A program made the position numbers and the translations under genes. The notes under the pieces were generated by a model. That model was not told the origin of the DNA. It did no database searches and saw nothing but the letters and a program-made list of their open reading frames with translations. From NCBI GenBank assembly GCA_913045625.1, contig CAJWPE010000002.1, forward strand, positions 1,729-65,728: a stretch of DNA of 64,000 nucleotides, written 5' to 3'. Below, piece by piece: positions 47,398 to 56,089 of the stretch. How positions within the stretch are numbered: the stretch's first letter is position 1; every line of letters begins with the position of its first letter. Source of the DNA: an uncultured Chloroflexota bacterium (lineage in GTDB: Bacteria; Chloroflexota; Dehalococcoidia; Lucifugimonadales; UBA826).

Positions 47398-49687
47398 TAT
47401 TGAGTTTCATGATTTTAATTTCCTGTCCATTATATGTTTCAGAAAATACAGTAGACGCTATTAAATCGAATTTGTCTAAAGATTCCGAATTATATTTGAT
47501 TGATTCATTTTCTCCTATCAATATAAATTTAATGTCATATTGATCCATTAGTTGCTTTGCTTTGTTTGAATCATTTGTTTTATAAATTGTGTCTACATTA
47601 GTTACACGAGATATAATTTCATTAGAACCTTTTCGCCATTGTTTTTCGTGGTCAGGCCAGTTTATGACATTACTGATTCCCGTATTGCTTGAAATTAGAC
47701 CGAATTTATTCCATTCTCCGACAGCCTCTAAAATACCATCTTTTGATGGGATGTTTTCCTTAGCGAATAAAATGGCTTTTGCTTCATGAGGTCTGTTTTG
47801 TTTCAAATCATAAAAGCCATTAATTGAAAAAACATACGAATTTGGTGCAATACTTTGAATAGAGGCAGGTAGATATAAAAATCCCAACAAAAAAGGAATC
47901 ATGATCAATGTAATTGATAATATTCTTTTAAATGTGGTTTTAGTGGTAAGAAATTTTAATAAATCGTAAAGGCATATGCCGCTTGTGACAGATAAAAAAA
48001 TCCAAGCAAGATAATAAAACTTAAATATTGTGTTCATTCTATTATTAAAAATATCTCCTAGGAATAAAAATTCTGGTATTGCTAAAAGGAAAAAAGAGAT
48101 ACCAATTATTGAAAGGGTGATCACTGATTTACGGTTAAAATAATTTTGATTTATAGAAAAAGCATAAAAAATACTAGCGGCCGAAAACAATAAAAATATT
48201 GCTCCTGTTATTGTTTTGTGGTTAACCGACGGGTTTTTTGACTGTAAAAACAATGAAAAAATTATTGGAGATATTACAAAAAATATAGATATGAATAATG
48301 ATTTTTTCCATTTTTTACCTACAGGATATATACCTGCGATCCTTATTAAATAAATCAAATGGATAATTAAAAAAGGAAGCCAAATAATTAATTCTTGTGT
48401 GAAATTACTTTGTATATTTGTTGCATATACTCCATGAATAGATGATTCAAATGAATTTATGAGAGTAAATAATAAAACTATTAAAACCGCACATAGTGAT
48501 CCAATTAATGTCAGTAATTCATTTTTGGAATATTTTTGATAATTGAAAATTTTTAATAAGGATATTCCTACAGTAATAAACAGAACTATTGCGAGGTTCC
48601 ATATATTAATAAATGTAATACCAAATCCTATTAACCCAAATAATGTTATTAGCATCAATGTTTTAAATGAATAAATTTTAGAGTGTTTTACAATGAATAT
48701 TGCAATAATTAAAAATGTGATAACAAATGGAATGCTCATAACATGAGGGTGTAAGTCTCCAAGTATAAAGCTGAAAAATGGGAACTCATTAATTGTGTAA
48801 TCACTACCTGGTAGATTACAGGAGTTCCCGAAATGGTTAATGATTCTTGTACTTTTGAACCACCACCAAAATTCATGAGGGAAAAATGTGGATGTAACTC
48901 TAGTGCCACTACCAGTAAGGCCCTCTATGCACACGAAATCCCATACTCTCTGTGGTAATAAATCTTTTTCTTCAAGCATTTTTAATGGGGTATATAAATT
49001 TCCCAAGAATACTAAGCTAGTTGATGCAAATATAGAAGGTATGAAGACTTGTTTTAATCTGGGGGTTTGTATTGTAACTAGATAAATTACAATTCCTGAA
49101 ACTGTACTGAATGCTAAATATGGAATTGAGATTAGTGATAGGTTGTAAGCAATTTCAGGTGATACGGAAAGAAGGTTTCCAAATCTCCCAAAAATCCAAT
49201 ATCCAAAATAATAATAATTAATAGGTTCACCTTTGAACCATGGGTCTGAGGGTAGATTAGAGTGAGAATTATAGACAGCATTTAAGAATGCAAAATCCAT
49301 TGGTTGTTCAGTATGACTAATGGAAGGATCAAGAGATTTGATCAATAGAAATATTCCAAATATTGTTAATGAGGTTAAAAATATAAAAAATATTATTAGA
49401 TAATTTGATCTTAATGAATTTATATATGAGGTGAAATAATTTCGATTGAAATAGTAACTAAAAATCACAAAAATCGATATTAATATAAGGATTAATGATT
49501 TTGAAATTTCGATTGGTGCGAAAAAGTGCAATATCCAAGTTACTCCTCCAAACCCCAATAGAAATAAGGGTTTAGAGATACAAAATCCTACATAGGAGAA
49601 ATTTTTAAATAATCTGAATATTGATAAATGTGTAACAATTCCTAATATCTCTAAAGTTGCTATCCAAAAAATGATGTTCATTATCAA
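47390..49687 (-). CDS. DUF2298 / Chlor_Arch_YYY (TIGR03662-type) polytopic membrane protein
   Basis: HTEQPMDFAFLNA and INYYYFGYW (YYY at 49208-49216), about 20 TM helices, and a C-terminal soluble domain. Overlaps the downstream gene by 8 nt. Confidence 0.65.
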   Translation of the reverse strand: MIMNIIFWIATLEILGIVTHLSIFRLFKNFSYVGFCISKPLFLLGFGGVTWILHFFAPIEISKSLILILISIFVIFSYYFNRNYFTSYINSLRSNYLIIFFIFLTSLTIFGIFLLIKSLDPSISHTEQPMDFAFLNAVYNSHSNLPSDPWFKGEPINYYYFGYWIFGRFGNLLSVSPEIAYNLSLISIPYLAFSTVSGIVIYLVTIQTPRLKQVFIPSIFASTSLVFLGNLYTPLKMLEEKDLLPQRVWDFVCIEGLTGSGTRVTSTFFPHEFWWWFKSTRIINHFGNSCNLPGSDYTINEFPFFSFILGDLHPHVMSIPFVITFLIIAIFIVKHSKIYSFKTLMLITLFGLIGFGITFINIWNLAIVLFITVGISLLKIFNYQKYSKNELLTLIGSLCAVLIVLLFTLINSFESSIHGVYATNIQSNFTQELIIWLPFLIIHLIYLIRIAGIYPVGKKWKKSLFISIFFVISPIIFSLFLQSKNPSVNHKTITGAIFLLFSAASIFYAFSINQNYFNRKSVITLSIIGISFFLLAIPEFLFLGDIFNNRMNTIFKFYYLAWIFLSVTSGICLYDLLKFLTTKTTFKRILSITLIMIPFLLGFLYLPASIQSIAPNSYVFSINGFYDLKQNRPHEAKAILFAKENIPSKDGILEAVGEWNKFGLISSNTGISNVINWPDHEKQWRKGSNEIISRVTNVDTIYKTNDSNKAKQLMDQYDIKFILIGENESIKYNSESLDKFDLIASTVFSETYNGQEIKIMKLNNE

Positions 49688-49695
49688 ATTTCTTT

Positions 49696-50610
49696 TCAGT
49701 TAAAAACATATTCAGTAAATAAATTTGGGTCGAATAATGCTATGTCAAAAGGTTGCTCGCCCGTTCCTATAAATGAAATTGGTATGTTAGTTTCTTCAAT
49801 GATTGGAATAATGATTCCACCTTTTGATGTCCCGTCTAATTTTGTTAAAAAAATCCCATTGCATTGAATTGATTCATTGAATGATTTTGCTTGTAACAGC
49901 CCGTTTTGTCCCGTGGTCGCATCTAATGTGAGTAGGGTATGTAAGTTGTAATGTCCTTTAGATTGATTCAAGACTTTATAAATTTTTTTAAGCTCATCCA
50001 TTAAATTTGAGTTTTCATGTAATCTTCCTGCTGTATCTATAATTACTAAATCTATATTTCTTTTTTTTGCTGCTGAAATTGTATCGAATGCTACTGCACT
50101 AGGGTCACTTCCTGGTTGATGTGAAATCACATCGAAGTTTAATCTTTCTCCCCATAGTTTGATTTGTTCAATTGCCGCCGCTCTGTACGTGTCTGCTGCA
50201 CCACATAAGACACTTTTACCTTGTTGTTGAAAAAAATGAGATAGTTTTGCTATTGCAGTAGTTTTTCCTACACCATTCACCCCAGCCATAACTAGTATTT
50301 GAGGGAAGTTCTCATTCTTTGAAATCTCATCATGTTTAGAGGATTCTAAAATATGTTGAATTTCGTTTTTAATGAGAATACCTAAATTTGGAGATGTTGA
50401 TTTTTGTACGCTAAAAGAATTTTTTATAGATTCAATTATGTTAGTTGTTGAATACATACCAATATCTGAACTTACTAATATGTCTTCTAGCTCCTCTAAA
50501 TCATTTAATGAAAGTTGTTGAGATTTGAAGATATCTGGAATTTGGCCAAAAAAAGAATTTTTGGTTTTCGCAAATGCATTTTTTAAGCTTTGATGGGTTT
50601 TTTTATTCAT
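49696..50610 (-). CDS. ftsY: Signal recognition particle receptor FtsY (short form)
   Basis: SRP-GTPase NG domain: GVNGVGKTT, DTAGR, TKLD. Confidence 0.95.
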   Translation of the reverse strand: MNKKTHQSLKNAFAKTKNSFFGQIPDIFKSQQLSLNDLEELEDILVSSDIGMYSTTNIIESIKNSFSVQKSTSPNLGILIKNEIQHILESSKHDEISKNENFPQILVMAGVNGVGKTTAIAKLSHFFQQQGKSVLCGAADTYRAAAIEQIKLWGERLNFDVISHQPGSDPSAVAFDTISAAKKRNIDLVIIDTAGRLHENSNLMDELKKIYKVLNQSKGHYNLHTLLTLDATTGQNGLLQAKSFNESIQCNGIFLTKLDGTSKGGIIIPIIEETNIPISFIGTGEQPFDIALFDPNLFTEYVFN

Positions 50611-50708
50611 AATTATTTCTTTGATGATAATTTAACATTACCCAACAAGTATTTACAGGGTTAATGAAAGTAATTACAATTATCTTTGTAGCAAATAATG
50701 AGGACTTT

Positions 50709-51584
50709 ATGGAAATTAGAGATTTAAGAAGCTTTGAATCTGCCGCTAGAAACCGTAGCATTTCTAAAGCTGCTAATGAGTTGGGTTGCGGGCAACCCAC
50801 AGTTACTACTCACATTAAAAAACTTGAACAAGAATTGTCTATGGTGTTGTTTGACAGGGTTACTAGGCCGATTGGTGTTACTTTGTCAGGTCAAATGATT
50901 TATGATTTGATTAAGCCATTGCTTGATGGATTAGATTCTTTAGCTTCTAGAACATCTCAGGCTGAAGAAAAAGGTCCCGTTATTATTGCTGCTACTCCTG
51001 ATATTATTCCACATACACTTTTGAAAGTTGTTAAAGAATTTAATATTCGATTTCCTGATGTTTTTCTTAAAATTATTTCAGGTAATCGTTCAGAAGTGAC
51101 ATCAATGGTAAAAACAGGTGAGGCTGATGCAGGAATTATTCAGCATCCAGATAGAGGATCTGATTTAGATTTTGAACCACTATTTTTATACGAACGTGTT
51201 CTTATAGCTCCTAAAAATCATGTTTTACTTCAACGTGAATCTATTGACTTAGATGATATTGCAAAATTTCCTTTAATAATGATGGCGAAAGGTACCTACA
51301 CTAGACAAGTTGTTGAAGATCAATTCCAAAAGAAAAACATTGCTTATGATGTAGTGATGGAATTAGAGAGTATGGATATGATTAAAAAATTTGTAGCTTT
51401 GGGTATGGGTATTTCTGTAGGGCCTAAATTAGCAATTGATGAGGATGATTTAGAAGAATTAGAGGTTTTATCTCTTGCTAACTATTTGCCTGTTGATCAG
51501 GCTGGTTTACTTACATTACCGGGAAAAAGTTTTTCTACTCCATCTAATCAATTTTTTTCAGTAATGAGAGAAGTACTGGCATAA
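50709..51584 (+). CDS. LysR-family transcriptional regulator
   Basis: HTH ISKAANELGCGQPTVTTHIKKLE. Start moved to the ATG at 50709 (MEIRDLRSF, the canonical LysR N-terminus), preceded by GAGGA. Confidence 0.9.
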   Translation: MEIRDLRSFESAARNRSISKAANELGCGQPTVTTHIKKLEQELSMVLFDRVTRPIGVTLSGQMIYDLIKPLLDGLDSLASRTSQAEEKGPVIIAATPDIIPHTLLKVVKEFNIRFPDVFLKIISGNRSEVTSMVKTGEADAGIIQHPDRGSDLDFEPLFLYERVLIAPKNHVLLQRESIDLDDIAKFPLIMMAKGTYTRQVVEDQFQKKNIAYDVVMELESMDMIKKFVALGMGISVGPKLAIDEDDLEELEVLSLANYLPVDQAGLLTLPGKSFSTPSNQFFSVMREVLA

Positions 51585-52394
51585 TTACTTTTTGATTTCA
51601 CCTACAATTTTTGCTGTAATTATTTGTCTGTAGTCGTAAAAAGGTCTGTTTGAACAAGTAACAAGTTTTATGAATTCTAATCCTGGGTTGAATATTTTTA
51701 AATCATCTTCGTGAATTTCTTCTGAAGAATAAGCTTCATATACTAAATGATAATTATCGCTGATTAGGTGAATAAAAACAGGGTCACCATTTCTTATAGC
51801 ATCGGCTATTTTGGGTAATTCTTGGAATATATTTCCCTCTCCTTTGATTGGGCTTTCCAAATGTCCGAAATACCATCCTGTTGCATCTTTTGATCCCAGA
51901 AATTCATTGGGAATTCTTCCGATGATATTTTTAGGAGAATCGAAGGACTGAACTCCATTAATTGAAATTACTTTGAGATTTTCTACCTTTGAATCCACTT
52001 CAATATAAGGAATCTTTATTTTTGTTGGAGTTCCGTTTAAATTAGATATAGACAAGTTTGACAATATTTCAGAGGAAAATCTTTCATGGATTTGTATATT
52101 AGAAAGTTCATAGTTGATTTCTAACCATCTTGAACTTGTCCAAGATTTAGGATGATATACATTTATTAGAGAGTTGTTTGAGTAATTATTAATGATGTTG
52201 TCAGTAATTAGAAAATTTTGTTGGTCAATTCCCACTTTTTGGATGGGTTTTTGAACAGATAGTACATTTAATACATTGTTGGCCATAAAATATGGCAACA
52301 ATATTAAGCCACCAATTAGTAAAAATATTATTCCTGTAATAAAAGACAGAAATGCTATCTTTTTTTTACTCAAAGTTCCCATTATGAAATCCAC
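51585..52394 (-). CDS. Sortase-family transpeptidase (membrane-anchored)
   Basis: N-terminal TM helix, IKIPYIEVD strand, catalytic His (YFGHL), LVTC Cys motif and a downstream Arg (YRQIITA). Confidence 0.75.
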   Translation of the reverse strand: MDFIMGTLSKKKIAFLSFITGIIFLLIGGLILLPYFMANNVLNVLSVQKPIQKVGIDQQNFLITDNIINNYSNNSLINVYHPKSWTSSRWLEINYELSNIQIHERFSSEILSNLSISNLNGTPTKIKIPYIEVDSKVENLKVISINGVQSFDSPKNIIGRIPNEFLGSKDATGWYFGHLESPIKGEGNIFQELPKIADAIRNGDPVFIHLISDNYHLVYEAYSSEEIHEDDLKIFNPGLEFIKLVTCSNRPFYDYRQIITAKIVGEIKK

Positions 52395-52421
52395 TTTATG
52401 GATAAATGGTTTGCATAAGAA

Positions 52422-52634
52422 TTATCTTGGTCTAGGTGAGTGAGATTCTCCGCTAGCAATTGGTTCGTTAATGTATACGTCACCATTTCTAATTTTGATA
52501 TTGTAACCACAAGTAGAACTTGTACACACCCAAGCCTTATAATGAATTGGAGCACCTTGGCTACCAAAATCTGATAAGGGGAGTAAATTTCCTGAAGTGC
52601 ATTCTTGACAATCAGGCCACGAGCTTTCTGACAT
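52422..52634 (-). CDS. 70-aa zinc-ribbon protein (CxxC...Cx4C)
   Basis: CQEC and CTSSTC pairs. A strong SD (AAGAGG) lies 6 nt upstream of the ATG. Preferred over the overlapping 91-aa ORF, which has neither. Confidence 0.6.
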   Translation of the reverse strand: MSESSWPDCQECTSGNLLPLSDFGSQGAPIHYKAWVCTSSTCGYNIKIRNGDVYINEPIASGESHSPRPR

Positions 52635-52676
52635 TTTATACCTCTTTTTCCCACCACCGGGTTTTAATCTGTTTTG

Positions 52677-52705
52677 AGTATAGCATAGGTTTGTGATTAA
52701 TTTAA
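52677..52705 (-). promoter_or_regulatory. Candidate promoter for the zinc-ribbon gene (TTAAAT-N17-TATACT with TGc extended -10)
   Basis: Read on the reverse strand immediately after the amidohydrolase stop. Confidence 0.35.
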
Positions 52706-52709
52706 CAAC

Positions 52710-53555
52710 CTATACATTTGATTGGCTTAAAATATTTATAGCATTTTTCCAATAAATATTATCTAATTGTTTTTTATCAATAGAAAGTTTTTCTATTTCA
52801 TTACTTATCCTAGAAGGCTCCATTAAAGGAAAATCTGATCCGAACAATATTTTTGTAGAATCTAAAATATTGATAGCGATTTCAAAAATTTTATTATCAT
52901 ATAAAAAAGGTGAGGCCGAACAGTCATAAAACACATTTTTAAGTGATCGTGAAATTTCAGGCATTAACTCATAGAAAAATAGTCCACCACCCCAATGTGA
53001 CAAAACAAAGTTGTTATTTGGAAAATCTTCTATAGTTTTGACTAATTTTTCAGGAGTAGTGAGCCCTTTTCCAGCATATAGATGTCCTACTGGTTCTGAA
53101 GCATGAATTACAATAGGGAATTTGTATTGTTCTAGAATTTCCATATATGGTGCCATTAAATGTTTATCTGTAATATTAAAATTCTGAAAATCACAATGTA
53201 TTTCACCAAATCCCTTACTCCCGGATTCAATGCATCTTAATGCTTCATTAATTCCAGATTTTAAATCAGGTGGATTAATTCCTGTAAAAGGTATGAGTTT
53301 CCCGAGGGAATTTTTAGCAGAATCAAGGATGTAATCATTCACAAAAGAGTTTAATCCAGAATCACTCCATCCCATCCCTAATACAACAGATTGATTAATA
53401 TGTTGTTCATTCATTTTTTCACACAGAAATTCTGCAGTTGAGAATTTACTATTTGGATTCTTAAAAAGAGCCTTAATTGTGGTATCTTTTTGAATATATT
53501 TTTCTAAATTATTTATGATTTCCACTGGAAGTATGTGGGTATGAAAATCTATCAA
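52710..53555 (-). CDS. Amidohydrolase-2 family metal-dependent hydrolase (TIM barrel)
   Basis: N-terminal DFHTH motif, internal His (VIHASEP, SHWGGG) and C-terminal GSDFP Asp. Confidence 0.75.
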   Translation of the reverse strand: MIDFHTHILPVEIINNLEKYIQKDTTIKALFKNPNSKFSTAEFLCEKMNEQHINQSVVLGMGWSDSGLNSFVNDYILDSAKNSLGKLIPFTGINPPDLKSGINEALRCIESGSKGFGEIHCDFQNFNITDKHLMAPYMEILEQYKFPIVIHASEPVGHLYAGKGLTTPEKLVKTIEDFPNNNFVLSHWGGGLFFYELMPEISRSLKNVFYDCSASPFLYDNKIFEIAINILDSTKILFGSDFPLMEPSRISNEIEKLSIDKKQLDNIYWKNAINILSQSNV

Positions 53556-53594
53556 ATTTCACCAATTATAAATATTTCATTCAAAGAAGTAATA

Positions 53595-54608
53595 TCAACT
53601 AGTTGCAAGTGGCCTGACTTCAATTTGGGATCTCACTTCTGGATTGACTAACGACATTGGCCATGTGCCATTCAAAAGTCTGGCTGCTTCTTGTCCCACT
53701 TGAATCTGTGCTGCAACTTTAGCTCTATTAGAAGTGCCTGCAGAGTGTGGAGTTACAATAACGTTATCCATGTAAAATAACGGATTATCTGTTGCTGTAG
53801 GCTCTATTTCAAAAACATCAATTCCAGCACCTGAAATTTTCTGAGAATTTAATGCGTTTATCAAAGCTTTTTCGTCTACTGTTCCCCCTCTGCAAGTGTT
53901 GATAAAATATGCAGTTTCTTTCATAGAGTTGAAAAAACTTTCTCCCACAATTTTCCTTGTTTGATTATTTAATGGGGTATGCATAGATACAAAGTCAGAT
54001 CTACCTGCTAATTCATTTAAACTCGAGACTAACTCTACTCGATATTCACGTGCTAACCATGGAGCCACAAAAGGATCATATGCAACTACTGAAATGCCTA
54101 GTGCTTGGGCTTTTCGGGCTACAGCTCGACCGATATTTCCTAATCCTACTAACCCTAAAATTTGATCAGTCACAGGTACCATGTTATTCATTACTTGGCG
54201 AGTTTCATCTCCCCATTTTCCTGAACGAGTTAGTTTATCTAAAATTACTAGTTTCTTAGCACAAGCCAAAACCATCATGATTGCATGATTTGAAACTTCT
54301 TCAGTACAAAATCCAGCTGTGTTTACAACCATAACTGCGTTATCTGTAGCAGCTTCATGATCAATGTGATCAAAACCATGAGCAAAGCTAACAATTGCTT
54401 TTGCGGTATCTATTTCCTCAATTACACTTTTGGGCATTTTGACACCTTGATTGATGATTAAATCAACGCCTTTAACTGCTTCCATGGCTTCACCTTCACT
54501 GTGACATACGTATACGTCAAAATCGTAATCAATGCCTTGTAGTTGTTTTTTGACTAATTCAGTATCAGGTTCACTGCGTGCTATCATCGCAATTTTTAAG
54601 TCTGCCAT
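53595..54608 (-). CDS. D-isomer-specific 2-hydroxyacid dehydrogenase family protein
   Basis: GLVGLGNIGRAVA NAD loop and the catalytic R/E/H triad context (NTCRGG, DVFEIEP, VTPHSAG). Confidence 0.85.
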   Translation of the reverse strand: MADLKIAMIARSEPDTELVKKQLQGIDYDFDVYVCHSEGEAMEAVKGVDLIINQGVKMPKSVIEEIDTAKAIVSFAHGFDHIDHEAATDNAVMVVNTAGFCTEEVSNHAIMMVLACAKKLVILDKLTRSGKWGDETRQVMNNMVPVTDQILGLVGLGNIGRAVARKAQALGISVVAYDPFVAPWLAREYRVELVSSLNELAGRSDFVSMHTPLNNQTRKIVGESFFNSMKETAYFINTCRGGTVDEKALINALNSQKISGAGIDVFEIEPTATDNPLFYMDNVIVTPHSAGTSNRAKVAAQIQVGQEAARLLNGTWPMSLVNPEVRSQIEVRPLATS

Positions 54609-54622
54609 ATGAATCTCCTGTT

Positions 54623-56089
54623 TTATCTAGCTATATAAGTACTTGCGGATTTTGGAAGTAGAGTGTTCCCCATTAAGTATTGGTCAATTCCTCTTGCGGC
54701 TTCTCTTCCTTCGGAAATAGCCCATACAACTAGAGATTGCCCTCTAGACATATCGCCTGCTGCAAATACTCCGGATACGTTGGTCATTTTATTAGAATTA
54801 GTTTGTACGTTACCTCTTTGATCTAGTTCAACTTGTAATTGGTCTAACATTCCCTCTTTTTCAGGATGTAAGAACCCCATAGCAAGAAATACTAAATCAA
54901 CTTCTAAAATGAATTCACTGTCTGGAATTTCATGCATTGTAGGTCGGCCATTTTCATCGGGTTCTCCCCATTCGACTCTAACAGCGGTAAGGGATGTTAG
55001 TTTTTCATTTTTACCATTAAATGATTTTGTCAAAATATTGTAGTCTCTGTCTCCTCCTTCCTCATGTGAAGATGAAGTTCTGAGTACCATTGGCCAATTG
55101 GGCCAGAAGTCATTCTGTCTACGAGTTCCTGGAGGCTCTGGTAGTAATTCTAATTGATAAACAATTTCAGCGCCTTGTCTTAAAGATGTTCCTAAGCAGT
55201 CAGATCCAGTGTCACCTCCACCCAGGATAACTACTTTTTTACCTTCAGCATTAATAATTGTTTCTTTTGAAATCGATTCGCCAGCGTTGATTTTGTTTTG
55301 TTGAGTTAAAAAATCCATAGCAAAATGAACGCCAGTTAGTTCTCTGCCAGGAATTGGTAGATTTCTAGGAATAGTTGATCCACCAGTAAGTAATATAGAA
55401 TCATAATTTTCTTTTAAGTCTTGGATTGGAACATTTTTACCAACGTATGCCCCTGTAACGAATTTTATTCCTTCTTCAGTCATCTGGTCTATTCGTCTTT
55501 GGACTACAGACTTTTCAAGTTTAAAATCTGGTATTCCTAATCTTAACAAGCCTCCTATATAGTTAGCTCTTTCAAAAACTGTCACGGTATGACCAGCAGA
55601 ATTTAATTGTTGAGCAGCAGCTAATCCTGAGGGCCCTGAACCTACTACTGCGATACTCTTGCCAGTTCTATGTGAAGGTGGGTTAGGTTTGATAATTCCT
55701 TCTTTCCATCCTCTATCCACAATAGTTTTTTCAATAAATTCTATGGATACTGGATCATCATTAATATTTAACACACATGAGGCTTCGCATGGAGCTGGAC
55801 AAATTCTGCCGGTAAATTCAGGGAAGTTATTAGTAGAGTGTAATTCCGCTAAAGCTTCCTTCCAATTTCCTTGATAAATTAAGTGGTTAAAATCAGGGAT
55901 AATATTTCCTAACGGACATCCACTCATACAAAAAGGCACGGCACAGTTCATACATCTAGCACCTTGTGTCGCAGCAGTGTCAGGATCTAAGTCTTCATAA
56001 AATTCATTAAAATTTTTTAATCTTAGATCTACAGGGAATCTATTAGGCGTTAACCTGGTATATTCTTTGAAACCTGTTGGTTTACCCAT
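54623..56089 (-). CDS. gltD: Glutamate synthase (NADPH) small subunit
   Basis: N-terminal Cys clusters (CMNCAVPFCMSGCP), two dinucleotide folds (VVGSGPSGLAAA, ILGGGDTGSD). Confidence 0.95.
   Translation of the reverse strand: MGKPTGFKEYTRLTPNRFPVDLRLKNFNEFYEDLDPDTAATQGARCMNCAVPFCMSGCPLGNIIPDFNHLIYQGNWKEALAELHSTNNFPEFTGRICPAPCEASCVLNINDDPVSIEFIEKTIVDRGWKEGIIKPNPPSHRTGKSIAVVGSGPSGLAAAQQLNSAGHTVTVFERANYIGGLLRLGIPDFKLEKSVVQRRIDQMTEEGIKFVTGAYVGKNVPIQDLKENYDSILLTGGSTIPRNLPIPGRELTGVHFAMDFLTQQNKINAGESISKETIINAEGKKVVILGGGDTGSDCLGTSLRQGAEIVYQLELLPEPPGTRRQNDFWPNWPMVLRTSSSHEEGGDRDYNILTKSFNGKNEKLTSLTAVRVEWGEPDENGRPTMHEIPDSEFILEVDLVFLAMGFLHPEKEGMLDQLQVELDQRGNVQTNSNKMTNVSGVFAAGDMSRGQSLVVWAISEGREAARGIDQYLMGNTLLPKSASTYIAR

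Noticed and set aside
50611-50708. LysR-type T-N11-A box or palindromes (TTAAC-N23-GTTAA, GTAATTAC) in the ftsY/LysR spacer.
   Set aside because: The consensus is too loose and the DNA too AT-rich for these matches to carry information.
50603-50800. 65-aa minus-strand ORF spanning the ftsY/LysR divergent spacer.
   Set aside because: It overlaps the LysR N-terminus and the ftsY start, and has no SD or recognisable features.
52382-52657. 91-aa ORF overlapping the zinc-ribbon gene in another frame.
   Set aside because: The 70-aa frame has a canonical SD at ideal spacing and a CxxC...Cx4C ribbon. The 91-aa frame has neither, and it overlaps the sortase start.
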